This document shows positions 25,901 to 39,300 of a stretch of DNA of 64,000 bases, in pieces (positions within the stretch are counted from its first letter, which is position 1; every line of letters starts with the position of its first letter). The notes below the pieces were generated by a model. It worked only from the letters and a program-made list of their open reading frames with translations, was not told where the DNA came from and made no database searches. The translations under genes and the position numbers were made by a program. The DNA comes from Takakia lepidozioides (lineage: Eukaryota; Plantae; Bryophyta): the NCBI GenBank assembly GCA_030704615.1, contig CM060734.1, positions 57,164,001 through 57,228,000 on the forward strand, in the 5' to 3' direction.

Positions 25901-27893
25901 CCTGGCCGCCCTGGAAAAAGGCAAAAAGGTGCATGGTGACATCATCAAAGCTGGAGTTGTACCAGACGTCATTCTGAACACTGCCATCGTCAACATGTAT
26001 GCCAAATGCGGCAGCATCGAAGATGCAAAGGGGGTATTCAACAATATGGCTGAGAAAACTGTGGTGTCCTGGACTGTTATGATTGCAGGATATGCGCAGC
26101 ACGGGTGTGGAAGGGAGGCCTTGGAGATGTATAAGCAAATGATGGGGGAAGGGGTAAAGCCAGACCAGGCCATGTTTGTTTGCGTTTGCAATGCGTGTGC
26201 AAGCCTTGCAGCGCTTGAAAAGGGCAAAGAGGTCCATGGTGACATCATCAAAGCTGGAGTTGTACCAGATATCATTCTGAACAATGCCCTGGTGGACATG
26301 TATGCCAAAGGCGGGGGCATGGAGGATGCAAAGGGAGTGTTCGACAAAATGACTGAAAGAGATGTGGTGACCTGGAACGCTCTTATTGCAGGATATGCCC
26401 AGCATGAGTGTGGTATAGAGGCCTTGGAAACATATGAGCAAATGATGCGGGGAGGGGTGAAGCCCAACCAGGTCACGTTTGTTTGTGTTTGCAATGCGTG
26501 TGCAAGCCTGGCAGTCCTGGAAAAGGGCAAAGAGATCCATGGTGACATCATCAAAGCAGGAGTTGTACCAGATGTCATTCTGAACACTGCCCTGGTGGAC
26601 ACATATGCCAAATGCGGGAGCATGAAAGATGCAAAGGAAGTGTTCTCCAGTATGGTTGAACGAGATGTGGTGACCTGGAACACGTTGATCGCAGGATATA
26701 CACAGCATGGGTGTGGGATAGAGGCTTTGGAGACCTATGAGCAAATGATGCAGGAAGGGGTGAAGCCGAACCAGGTCACATTCGTTTGCGTTTGCAATGC
26801 GTGTGCAAACCTGGCAGCCCTGGAAAAGGGCAAAGAGGTCCATGGTGGCATCATCAAAGCTGGGATTGTACCAGATGTCATTCTGAACAATACCCTGGTG
26901 GACATGTATGCCAAATGCGGGAGCCTCAAGGATGCGGAGGTAGTGTTTGACTATATGGCCCAGCGAGATGTGGTGTCATGGACTGCGATGATTGCAGGAT
27001 ATGCCCAGCATGGTTGTGATATGGAGGCCCTGCAACTGTTTCAAGAAATGCAAATGGAAGACTTGAAGCTGAACGGTATTACGTTTATATGTGTTCTCTC
27101 TGCATGTAGCCATGCTGGCCTGGTGGATGAAGGCAGATACTACTTCAACTCCCTGAGTCAAGATCATGGCATCACTCCAGCAGTTGAGCACTTTGGCTGC
27201 ATGGTGGACCTTCTTGGCCGTGCGGGGCAATTGGATGAGGCAGAAGGCTTAATTTACAAAATGCCTATGAAACCAGATGCTGTGGTGTGGAGGGCCTTGC
27301 TTGGTGCCTGCAGAATTCATCGCAATGTGGAGATGGCTGAACGTGCGGCAACAGCTATTCTCAAGTGGGATGAACAGGACGGGGCGACTTATGTGTTGCT
27401 ATCAAACATCTATGCTGCAGCTGGCAGGTGGGACGATACTGCAAAGGTGAGAGAAATGATGAAGGTCAGAGGGGTTAGAAAGGAGCCAGGTCGCTCCTGG
27501 ATTGAGGTCGGTAACAGAGTGCACACATTTGTTGTAGATGACAAATCGCATCCAAAAGTTGAGGAAATCCATTCTGAGCTGAGAAGATTGTCTGGGCAGA
27601 TGATGGAGGCAGGGTATGTGCCTGATACGCACTTTGTATTGCATGACATGGGGGAGGAGCAAAAGGAATTTTCTCTGTGCCACCACAGTGAGAAGCTGGC
27701 CATTGGTTTTGGGCTGATCAGCACGGCCCCTGGGACGCCTCTCCGCGTTATCAAGAATCTTAGGGTGTGTGGTGATTGCCACACCGCCACCAAGCTCATC
27801 TCAAAGATTGCTGGGCGAGCAATTGTTGTACGGGACTCTAACCGCTTTCACCACTTTGAGGATGGGGTTTGTTCTTGTGGGGATTACTGGTGA
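22990..27893 (+). CDS. PLS-class DYW-type PPR protein with three N-terminal PDF motifs; predicted exons 22990-23215, 23391-23470, 23747-23945, 24144-24223, 24403-24535, 24686-24780, 24972-27893
   Basis: Paralog of 7140-11762. 5 PLS triplets, PG box KEPGRSWIEV, HSEKLA/CGDCH, SCGDYW*. In-frame exons: WQEFFKDPSQWLDCSVDK|(diverged) QDYRQSTQEGSWIQGSFSPPW; WHEYFKDPSQWSDKHNGK|TDLRSPDYRHK..LWVDGWSNPPWV; LWKEYFSDPSQWWDNQGKK|IYRRRPDFKHKSTYDFLWIDIYKKPAWV. Confidence 0.9.
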
Positions 27894-29460
27894 AATGATG
27901 TTTTTCTGGACAGGTGTGAGTGTCTTGCTTCATTGGTTGATCTCTGTAGCTACTTGGTTCATCCACCATTTCCTGAGAATAGTGGCTATGATGTAGTTTT
28001 GAGGTTATTTCCTCTGCCATATGGACCTTCCAAGCGCCGATTATATATAGGGGGCAATGTATGGGGAGCTTCTAGAGGTAGGTTTCAAATATCTGCTGTG
28101 ATGCTGGTACCAATTCAAGACTGTCGCCATGGCCAGAGTATTTTTCTTTAATTGACTTGCCACCACAACTTGAAGAAGAAGGTTATGTCACAGCGGAGTA
28201 TGCCTTACAGTTCAGTCTGTATATGGTCAGGTCACGTACTGTCCAGATTGTGGGAGAGCATGCAAGTATTATGTGGAGAACATTGTACGAGAAAGAGGAC
28301 ATGTGCGGGGCGTAGAGTTTGTCAACGACATATTTGGTTGCCTATTTCTGAATGAGTGCAGGCACATGAGCCTACTTTAGGTGTTCGAGGTAGCCAGAGC
28401 AAAAACAAAATTTTGTTTTTGGTTTGTAGTTACTTGAAGTTGAGAACTGAATTACATTGACCATACCAGGTTAAAGGTGTAGTCAAAGTCCACAATACTA
28501 CCTTTGATAAAGAGATGAACCCTACAATATGTTTCACTGTCACAGGATATAATACTGATTATTTCTGTGCATGCCAGAGAGTTTATTTCCTCAAATGTTT
28601 CTGTCTACGTCAAGCTGTTTACACTTGTGAATGGGCCTTGTTGTGGTCATTCCCTGGTCAAGCTCACCAACATTGTACAGGTAATGACCTCAGCAGGGCT
28701 CTCCCTAGATAAGTTAGAAACCATACAGTGGGGGAACACTCGTTCGCAATGACTCTTCCTCTCCTCAGCACGCATGGTGTCCAGACTGCAGGTAACTTGC
28801 TACTTGGATGTCGATCATTCAAGTTGCCATGAACAATTGTTGAAAACAGGAGGTCAACCTTAAGTCTCAAAGACCAAAAGATTTCAGATCGGAAAAATCT
28901 GAAAAACTGTTCAGGTCCATCCTTCACTTCTCAGGATTGACTTAATCACCCAGGAGCTAATAGATAGCCCCTAGAGAATTTAGCAGAGCTTCAGCAGTTG
29001 AAAGCAATACGTTCACTGTAGCTTCTTCATTCTCTGCACTGACCGGCCGAAGTAGGTATGGATGAGAAGCAGGATAATTAAAGACAGCACTTTCCATGTT
29101 GAGATGGGGACAAGGAATCGCTTCTGATCTCACCACTGTCTGTTTGGGATCGACCGAAAACAGTGTGGCCTCCGAGGTTTGATAGCGATGCAGACCCGAT
29201 GCTTAATACTCTTCAAAGGAAGAATCGAGCATGGGTTCTTCTTGCAGTTGCATGCTCAGTGTCTAGTAAATGACTGCAAACTCCGCCCTAGAATTAATCA
29301 TCCTCTTGAATATGCCTTCCCACTCTGTCTGATCCACCTCCTTTTCTAGTGCCCGATCTCCTTCAGGGCCGTAGGTGATGTTCCCTGCATCCACTTCTAT
29401 CTCTTATCTACACTTCTGCCTAAAAACATGAGGGATGGGGAGAGAGGGAGAGAGAGGGAG

Positions 29461-29670
29461 AATGTATGTACTCATAAGACGTTGTTTGCCGTGGCCTTGT
29501 GGCCATCGACCCGGCGCCCAGCCTGGGGCTCCACAGCAGCAGTGATTGCGAATCCTAGTTGCTCGGGTGCTATGATTCCGAGAGAAAGGCGATCTGGCTC
29601 CCCTGTCAATTGGGTCTCAGCAACCGACGCTTGAAACATTGCTGAAGAGAAGCTTGGTGGCACAGCTCAG
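29461..29670 (-). mobile_element. Short retroelement sharing the 3' tail of the 90-743 LINE
   Basis: GTACTCATAAGAC(G/A)TTGTTTGCCGT(G/A)GCCTTGTGGCCAT matches 92-130; abuts a GA-rich tract at 29438-29460; the remainder diverges. Confidence 0.55.
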
Positions 29671-30616
29671 CCTATAGACAGAGACACGCACCTTGATCAC
29701 TCCACATGGTCCTAGTGCACATGGGTATGTAGTTCAACCTGGCCTAACTTATGTGGACAGCATGGAGCAGGTAATCATGAGCAAAGTGTGGGAACTAGGT
29801 GGTATCACAAAGATTGCCAGCTTTAGACTGGGGTTTTGTTACTGTTCCGAGTCAGAGAGGGAGTAGCCATTACTCCCTTTTTTTTCCCAGACCGCGTGGG
29901 TGGGTCCAAAAGGACCCTTATTATTTTTTTGTTTTTTTCCGCAAAGCCCTTTACAGGGGTCGCGGGAGCAAGAGGTGGTGTTCAAGCACCCCTCCTGCCC
30001 CTTGTAGGCAAGGTCATCTTTCGGGACCCCTTGTGAGGCTCTCGCGAACCTGCAAAGATGCCGCCATTTCCAACTCATCCGTTGCAACGTTAAAAGATGC
30101 CAACGTCTGCGAGGCATTCGTTAGAGCCACGTCCATGGACGGCAACACATTCGAAGCCCGCTTCAGTAGGGCATCAAATCGTGCAAACAACTCCAACGGC
30201 CCTCTCAATGCAACATCAAGCACGTCCTTGTGAGCAACACTTGAGGCCATTTCCAAAGAGCGCAAGAGATTAATGGGGCCACCAAGGCCTCCCCTCTTTT
30301 TATATGGATGGATGGATGGTTCCTCCTGGAGGCTGGATGGCTGGCCGGTTACTATTGTTGTGCCTAGAACGATACATCACCAGAACAGATATGGCAAATC
30401 AATTGGAACACAAATGAACACTAAAAGTTATAGGATGCATCTCAGCAATGTGCGTGACGGGGCATGTACATGTCACTCGTGAAATTTTGCATCATCCATA
30501 ACGACCATGGCTTTTTCTAACCCTAAACTGGAAAGTTGACATCATGCTGGATAACGCCTTCCATGTATGCTGGCAATCAGACCCTATTGTTGGAAGAGCG
30601 AGAATAGTAAGCTGCG

Positions 30617-32141
30617 ATGAGCGACGTCACCGCCAATCCTCGGCAGAGCGTGCAGTGCCGCCCAGTTGGTGGAGGTGTTGGTAGTGGCGACAGCGGTAGC
30701 AGCACAAAGCAAGCGAGCGAGCGAGCGAGCGTTGTGCAACAGTGGGCCCCACGCCAATCAAGCCGCCTCGATCGGCTCATCACTCAACTCATTCAGCCAT
30801 ACAGACAGCCAGCTCCAGCCCTGGCGAGCAACACAACAAATCCCACAACCCCTCTCATGTTCCTGATGCGCACCACCACCAGAAGCCAAGCTCCAGACAA
30901 TTTCAAGAAGCTTCGTCATCTTCACCACGGTCTCCTCCCCTGCGGATGTTCTTCCACTGGCGCCCCACCGACTGAAGAACACCCACTGCGTCTGTTGAGC
31001 CCTCTCCCACTGCGCCTCTCAGGTACGGTCCGAGGTCCCATGCTGATCACTTCTCCCCCAGGTTCTCCATCCCATTCTCGGCAGTGGCTTCAAGGCGTCC
31101 CTACCTCTCTTGGTCATGAGCCTCTTCACGCGCCTTCTTCTCCAGTTGTGCAACCCGCATTGGCGACCCCATTACTCTTCCCACAGCATCAGACGCCTAT
31201 CCCTGTAGACCGTACCCCGTGCCCAGCTTGCGGTCGCCTTTTTGCGCGCATCAGAGGGCTTGCGCGACATCAGCGCACATGTGCGGCTCTTCATCAGACG
31301 GGCACAGATGGTACTTCTCCATTTCAGCCCCGTGTCTTGCATGCACCACCTCCAGCCTCTGCATGGCATTGGCTTTCAGCTCTAGATGCACTGGGCGCGC
31401 TTCAACTAGGACTGCCATGGCCTCGTCTTTATACAAGAATCCCGATGCCCCTGCGTCATGAGGTCCAATGGGCACTCCGTCTGCCATTAGACAGGCTCGC
31501 TCGTGATCCTGATGATATACCAGCATGGTATTTTTTCTTGTTATTTCCTCAGTGGTGTGCCCCCTCGCGGCGGTCAGTCAGGGCACAGGGAGACGCACAT
31601 CCGTCTTCACCGTTTCTAAATCTGGAGATTGGGAGAGTCTACAAGATGAGCATTATTTACAAGCACTGGCTCTCGCGGCACGTGTGCCTTCGGCTTCCTC
31701 CACACAGCCACCATCATCGGCCCACAGGCGACTCCGTCATAGTCTCATATTAGGCCGTGTTGTCGAATACTCACGCACAGCCAGGGCTTTGGCACCTTTC
31801 ACTCCAGCGCCCCCATCAGCGGCTACTGTCACTGCCCTTGAAGCCCTTCACCCATCAGCTCAGGATATCCTTCCGCTCTTCGTCGAGGACTTTGAGCCAG
31901 ACCAGGATCTCGAGCTGGATCGGAAGGTCTTCACTCAGGCTTTTACGCGCTGTCCCCATTTTGCAGCAGCAGGTCCTTTCCGGTCTCTTGTATGAGCACT
32001 TATGCGACTGTTTCTCTCCACAGGACTTTGCCAGTGGCTTCTCTCAGCTATTTCAGGTATGCTCCTTTATTGCTGCCGGGCATATCCCTGCCCAAGTGGC
32101 CCGTCTCCTTGGGGCCTCCAGAATGTTGGCTATGAGCAAAC
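30617..32141 (+). mobile_element. CRE-like (RLE-type) non-LTR retrotransposon, 5' part (frameshifted)
   Basis: C2H2-like finger CPACGRLFARIRGLARHQRTC; downstream ..AAAGP.. and ARLLGASRMLAMSK, which joins in frame to PSVRPIAAREVFYRL at 49251 once the insertion is removed. Confidence 0.8.
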
Positions 32142-32911
32142 GAGGGCAGCAAAGCCGTGAGCATATTCCTGGATGCGTGAGCAGATTCAAAGCGTGAGCA
32201 AATTTCTGATGCGGACCCCAAAACCGTGGGAACAAGTGGGCCTATTGCCGTGGACGCCAACTTCACTACAACGACGCAATCTCCGCTCCATCAGACCGAA
32301 GACAGACAGATTCCATGACGACAAAGTGGCACGAATGCACGATGAAACATTCACGGATGAATGGATTTGGGATGGACGTAAAAGTGAAATGGATGAACGT
32401 TGGATGAAGCACGGATGAAAATTGTCCAGATGAGGGGACTATAGACAATTGTATGAGCATGTCTCGTGAGGGATCAGCAAGCGCAGGGACCAAGCATTAA
32501 GGTGTCGTCAACGACATCTTAAATCGCATACTCAACATGAAAAATGAACCCATGAAAATCGTTGCAAGATGTCGTGCACCTAAGCATCGTGCCACAACAT
32601 ACATTGTTGTCCACCACACAATCTAAGCACACAATCCTAGAAAGCTATACCACAATCGCCCCCCTAGCTGGTGGTTAGGTCCCTCTAACTCCAGATAGCT
32701 ACAAGATGTAATAGCCACAGCTGTACTAAGTCCTCTATCACTGTCCCTATTGTACTCAAACTCTATAGACCAAGAGGTCGGGTACAAGAGCAACCCCATC
32801 GTTAGTTGTCGTCTTGCAATCTGTGAACTTGAGTCAGGATCTCGTGTGTTGGTCTCCTAGTAGCTTGGCCTTGCATTTCTTGTTAGCCTTCCATGGTTGT
32901 ATCCACTCCCA

Positions 32912-33060
32912 CTATCCAATGCAATGCGGACATAACCAATCCCCATCAGGAACCATCTCAAGAGGTGGAGTCAAGCATCCCATATGCCAACCTCTAGAGC
33001 ATTTGATCACACACCAGCATGGTGGCTGCCCCTCTAGCAGACCCACACAAGATGCACCTC
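32912..33060 (-). pseudogene. PHD finger at the C-terminus of the Gypsy integrase (1-bp frameshift)
   Basis: CILC..MLVCDQ/CSRGWHMGCLTPPLEMVPDGDWLCPHC is a C4-H-C3 PHD pattern with the conserved W. Confidence 0.85.
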
Positions 33061-34330
33061 AAACTTGCAGGTACCACTGCCAGGTTTGGGTCAACCTTTC
33101 CATCAACATTTGGAAGGTGACATGGCGCGCAATTACGCACATGGTCCTTCCAAATCATGCCATCCCGACCCTCCAAGATCAGGACTCCTGAGGGCAACAG
33201 CTCTTGAACCCTCAAAATAGTACGTCCTGCAGTCACATCCAAGGTCGTAGGAGCAGTCTACTGCAGATAAACATAGTCACCAGGGTTGAATCTCCGAACC
33301 CTAGGACGATAGCCCCCACCACGTATGGTAGCATACCTCAACGTATCACGATGTTGTGCAATGGCAAGGTTCTCGAAAGCCATGGGCATGACTTTCTTGA
33401 ACAACTCTGCACGCTGCTCACATGCATGTGCCCACACGTCCGGATCGTCAAGGTTAAGAACTGTAGCAGCTTCTCTACGAATGGATGTAGGCAAATCCGG
33501 CTCTCGGCCAAAGAGAAGAAAGTATGGTGAGAAGGAGGCAAGTGATGCTTGCTTGCTGAACCTGTAACCCATGGCTAACCAGGGTAACTGAAGGTCCCAA
33601 TCTCCTAGGTGTCCCTTCTCCAAGCCATACTTGCGCAAACCCCTCTTTACTGTCTGAACAACTCTCTCTGCCAAGCCATCGGCCTCAGGATGATCCCGAG
33701 AAGTGGTGGGGTGGTCTATCAAGGCCTTGTCACACAAAGCCTGAAACTCCCCCAAGAACTCTCTCCCTTGGTCCGTGAGTACCTCAGCTGGAGCACCGAA
33801 TCGGCTAAGCATACAATCCAAGAATGCATACGCAGCTCCCTCACTAGCCTTATCAGGCAATGGAACCAATTCAATCCACTTGGAGAAGTGCTCCACCATC
33901 ACCAACACGTACTTGTTGTGGCGCATGGTCAGTGGCAACGGCCCTGCGAAGTCAAGACTCCACCTGTAGCCCAATCCCATGATCGGAAGAGGGTGCAATT
34001 GTGGAGTAGGGGTGTGGAATGAAGCACGCACCCTGTCACACACCATGCACCTAGCCACAAATTGTTGCACCTCTGTGTGCATACCACGCCACCCATACTG
34101 CCCCTGCAGTAGACTATGAGTGCGTCGCACCCCAAAATGCCCCAACTCCTCATGGGCATGCCGCACTAACCGTGCCCGCTGTGTTGGGTGAGGCACAATC
34201 CTCACTCGACCATCCTCCCACACTCAGAGCAGGTGTGTCCCCTCCCACTTGAACCTCTTGGCTTGTTGTAGGATCCGATCCCTCTCCTTGGCAGTCACAG
34301 TGGCTGCAGTGTCTCCAGTGCGGAGGTAGT
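33060..34330 (-). pseudogene. Gypsy integrase
   Basis: HEELGHFG..CMVC (HHCC), SLDFAGP, TDQGREF, GLAER (DDE), FNPGDYVYL; in-frame stops at ~33258 and ~34225. Confidence 0.92.
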
Positions 34331-34370
34331 CCAACACAACTGAATCCTCGTGTATATCTTTGGCACCACC

Positions 34371-35173
34371 TTACTCATTGTTGGCCTCAGGGTCCTCAGA
34401 CACTTGATCTACAATCATCCCTGTTGCAGGTCCAACCTGGCCTTCCGCTGCCAAGATACACAGAAATGCAGATGCATGCCATCCGGGCACCATCTCCTCG
34501 TCCGTCTCACCATGCCACCGAGCTCCAGTGTCATCCTGCTGGCTCGTGCAACGATTGCGACTCAACCCATCTGCATTGCGATTGACCAAACCCGGTCGAT
34601 GCACCACCTGAAAGTCATACTCTTGAAGGATGAGTGCCCACCGTGCAAGCTTCCCCGTAAGCTTGTCTGACTCCATCAACCACTTGAGTGGTTGGTGATC
34701 CGTGACAAGGGTGAAGAGATTGCCGTATAGATAGCACCTGAAGTGTGCCACGGCCCACACTGCAGCTAAAGCATTCTCCCTCATATGAGCTATACTTAGA
34801 CTCTGCAACATTGTTCGAGCGGCTAGCATAAGCCACTACGAACTCTCTTCCCTCATCGTCCACCTGTGTGAGCACCGCTCCAAGCCCCAGCATGCTCCAA
34901 TCTGTATGCAGCTGAAAAGGACGCCCCCTGATAGGTCGTCTCAAGATGGGCACCGAGGTCAACCTCGCCTTGAGCTCTTGAAAAGATTGTTCATGCTCAT
35001 CTTCCCACTGCCACTCCTGGTCCACCTTGGTCAGCTTGGTTAGAGCCTTTGCAATGGCACTAAATCCCTTAACAAACCGTCTATAATAGTTTGCTAACCC
35101 CATGAAAGCTCGAACTCGGCTCACATCCGTGGGGCGTGGAACCTGTGCAATGGACTCTACCTTAGTCTGCTGT
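34371..35173 (-). pseudogene. Gypsy RT connection and RNase H
   Basis: RAFMGLANYYRRF, LHTDWS..GLGAVL, VAYASR, TDHQPL, RWAL, NADGLSR; frameshift near 34770. Confidence 0.92.
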
Positions 35174-36349
35174 CACTACAACAAATTGCGGCTTTTACGT
35201 CTCTGTGTTATGACTGCAAATGCAGTCATGGAAGCCATTTACGACTTCCTGACTCTGCAGACGTAAAGACCTAGTCAGTTGTGACATGGCAGATATGACT
35301 CTCCAGGCTGGCTGTCACGTGGCACCAGAGCAGCTGTGGGGGTAGTCATACACGCTGGCTTTACTGAATGACTGAACGGACAGTGTAATCCATGTCAGCG
35401 GCTGTGCAAGAGTGGCACGTGCTCGATGCAGGAAATGACACGTGGCAGAGTGTTTAGCTCTCCATGACTGCGAACTATGACTACGGGTGTGCTAATCCGG
35501 TTGCAACACGTGGCGCATTGCAGTTTTTACACGTGGTCCATCAGCAGATTGACATGTGTCATGATGGGTGTTTTTTTGGGGTGTATTGCTATTTTTTTAC
35601 ATATTTGTATTTCTGCCACGTGGTGTAGTACTATTGGAGAGTGAAAATAGATGTAGTCATTATTATGACTATGATAGCAGTCATGTACATGTCTATTACA
35701 ACAATGAAATATAATATATAATACAAAGAGAACAAGGCAGCAAGACATAACTGCAACAAGCTGAGCAAAACCAAGAGATTGCATACCATCTCTATTTACC
35801 AATCTATTTATCATTATCATTTTTGTTGCGATCTAAAAATACATTAAATAGTCGCATGTTCTCATGTGAATTATTTTGTCTAACTATAACACTTTGAAAA
35901 GTGTTCACCCAGAATCTTCTAACTACTCATGTATTCCATCAATCTGCAACCCATCAAAAACGACTTGCATGGCTTTAAGAATTACTACAGCAAGGACATT
36001 TGTTTGTTTACCAAGTTCTTGCATAAGATGCACCAACCAATATTGCATTGTGAGACACTCACTCGCTATACTCCAAAGCGTCCAGGGAAGGTCACTGAGC
36101 AACCTGCCAAGGCGGAAACAATTAAGAGAATTATCTAATACCATATATGAAAAACCAATGCCAGTGTTGTTTATGGTAACTTCTATCCCATGTCTTAAAC
36201 AAACCAAAGCAAAAAGGTTGGTGTGTATTGGCGAAGTCGTCAGATACTTCACAAAGAAACATGCACTAAAAATGAAACCCAGGATGATAGGAAGGTCACT
36301 CACGTTTATACAAGAGACATCTTGCCCATTGCCCAACACCCTGCGTCAC

Positions 36350-39300
36350 CCACACTCTATCTCTATTCCTTCAGCTATCCATGCCTCTGCACAAATCAAG
36401 CATTCATCCTTGCCTTGCTGCTAGCAGCTGACAATGATAGCCTACATTTGTTCTAGGAAACACCCAACTCAGCGTAGCACACTAGTTCCTATGCTGAATT
36501 GCGTCTGCTACTCTCTGAAATGTAGCAGGCATTCACCTTTCTGCCCCGGTTGACCCATCAGTGACTGGGCTCAGATAACTATTCATTCCACAGCTTCTCC
36601 TCATCTCTGTTACCTATTTTTTGACACTTTCCTGTTGTCACATTGGCAGTATCATGTCAAAGTCACTCCAAACTAGATTCACTCAACCAGCTAACTTGCA
36701 GAATTGAACATGTAAATTTAGGGCCGATTCTGATAAGAGGGAAAAACAGGGTGAAATGTGTTGAAGAAGATGCCTTCATTAGCAGTGCCTGATTTTATCA
36801 CTTGTGCCGCTGCTCCCAGTTGACCATCTACCCATGCAGGTTTCTTGTAGCTATTGATCCACAGGGAATCACAGGTAATCTTGTGCTTGAAATCTGGCCT
36901 TCTTGGATGAATCTGGACCCACACAAAATCCCTGCTCCTTCAGCTATCCATGCCTCTGCACAAATCATGCATACATCCTCGCCTTGCTGCTAGCAGCTGA
37001 CAATGACAGCCTAGAATTGTCAAAGCAAACACTAGCAGGGAAAACAGGGTGAAATATGTTGAAGAAGGTACCTTCATCCTTTTCTCCATCATTTGCTTTC
37101 AGGTGTCCAAAGCCCCATCCCGCGCTCCTGCTCTGCACACCCTTCAAGCATCGCATTCCACGACACCACATCTAGTTCAGCCATAGTGTTGAACACTCCC
37201 TTGGCATCCTCAATGTTCCCACATTTAGCATACATGGCCACCAGAGCCATGTTCAGGATGACATCTGGTACAATTGCAGATTTGATGATGTCACCAGGGA
37301 TCTCTTTGCCCTTTTCCAGGGCTGCAGACGCACTGCAAACGCACACAAACGTTATGTCGGCGGCCTTCACCCCTTCCCCCATCATTTTCTCAAAGGTTGG
37401 AGCCTCCATCCCGCACCCCAGCTGTGCATACCCAGCAAGCATCGCACTCCACGACACCACATCTCGTTCAGCCACAATGTTGAACACTCCCTTTGCATCC
37501 TCAATGCACCCACAATTGGCGTACATGTCCACCAGGGCAGGGGCAGTGTTCAAAAGGACATGTGGTAATTTGACAGGCATTCACCTCCTGACTTGGCTAT
37601 TCCCAACCCATCCTGCCATTGGCAAGAGATTCCATAGAAACTGATAGTTGTCTGTTTGACTGTATAACTATGTATCTCTTGCTTTCTTACAGCTTGTACT
37701 GTGACACGCGTAATGCTCTTGTTGTGTTGAATCATTTCACGCCTTCAGGTTTCAGAACAAACATTACCGTCTTTCTTTATCAGACATGTGCACCAAGACA
37801 GAATCTCACCAAAAGATTGTTGGTGTTCAACAGTACCATACATGAAGATAACTAGCACCAAAAGGGCATATGAAGCTTATTCTGCTCTCCACTGGTATTA
37901 ACTTGCACCAGGACTTTCAATGGCTGTCTTCCAGTCCACCCACGGCTCGCTGTAAATGGCTTGCAACCTACAGATTTTCAAGAGAGCTGATTACCATGAA
38001 AATTTCAAAACTGGCTTTACAAACCTAATAATTCAAGCATAATCAGCATTCAAGCTAAGGAAGCTTTACAAGCATCGTGTTGCGAGTAAAGCCTTGGCAA
38101 TGTCACCAGGAAATCCCTAGCTGATTGGATGACACTGAAATAATGGAGCTTGAAATCCGGCCCTCTTGGTTGAATTTGGGCCCACACTCTATCCCTGCTC
38201 CTTCAGCTATCTATGCCTCTGCACAAAATCCTTCAGCTATCTATGCATACATCCTTGCCTTCCTGCTAGCAGCTGACAATGACAGCCTAGAATTGTTCCA
38301 GCAAACACCCCCAACCCTACTTATCAACGAGCAATGAGCTAACTTACAAAATTCAATATGCATCTGAGGGCGTCTGATGAGAGGGCAAAACATGCTGAAA
38401 TAGGTCGAAGAAGAAGGTGCCCTCACCACACTGTCCTTGACCTTGTGTCATGACCCATGGAGGATTTGACCTTGTGTGTGATGCTTGTGTCTGTAGTCAG
38501 GTAATGTCGGATTGGTCAGTGAGAACTTGCACCACGGTGCAGCTGAGCAGGCAGACTTTGAAACACGGTCTGCTAAGACCAAGCCGACTCTCCCAAGAAC
38601 CTTGTAAACATCAGGAAGAATATCAAATCATGGTACTAACAGGAGCCAACAACCCACATTTGCAGGATGGACAAAATTCTGCACATCGTACATTTCAAAA
38701 AAACCACACCTTGCAATTGCGGTCGCACCCTCGTGAAGGATCTTAAAAAAACTCATGCCAGCTCTGCTCCATGATTCAAATTCAGGGCCGAGTCTGATGA
38801 GAGGGCAAAATAGGCTGAAATAGGTCGAAGAAGAAGGTGCCCTCACCACATTGTCCTCGACCTTGTGTCATGACCCATGGAGGATTTGACTGAACATGAA
38901 CCCAAGATGACCTCTAGTGTGTGCTGCTTGTGTCTGTAGTTAGGTAATGTCGGATTGGTCAGTGAGAACCACCACGGTGCAGCTGAGTGGGCAGAGATTG
39001 AAACACGGCCTACTAAGACCAAGCTAACTCTCCCAAGAACCTTGTAAACATCAGGAAGAATACCAAATCATGGTACTAACAGGAGAGCCAACCCACATTT
39101 GCAGGATGGACAAACTTCTTCACATCGTACATTAAGAAAAAGCCACACCTTGCGATTGCGGTTGTCCCACCATCGTGAAGGATCTTTTAGAAACTCATGC
39201 CAGCTCTGCTCCGTGCTGTAAAATCAGGGCCGAGCGGGTAGAGATTGAAACACGGCCTGCTAAGACGAAGCTGACTCTCCCAAGAACGGCGGGCTCCCAG
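36350..39300 (-). pseudogene. Captured, scrambled PDF-exon, intron and PPR fragments
   Basis: IHPRRPDFKHKITCDSLWINSYKKPAWV (36800-36915); PPR motifs 37100-37560; ~420-bp tandem duplication (38372/38792) of the PDF2 exon-intron unit; WHEFLKDPSRWWDNRNRK|gt at ~39150-39200. Confidence 0.85.

Noticed and set aside
25368-26843. Long antisense ORFs over PPR repeats (491 aa here; others at 8934-11668 and 62234-63783)
   Set aside because: Shadow frames propagated by the 303-bp repeat and codon bias; no independent domain.
28850-29430. Possible DIRS-type RT relic (PHLNMES)
   Set aside because: Too few residues match to support a call.
35876-36339. Overlapping 182-aa and 138-aa ORFs inside the Pack-CACTA
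   Set aside because: No recognisable family; may be further cargo but cannot be assigned by eye.
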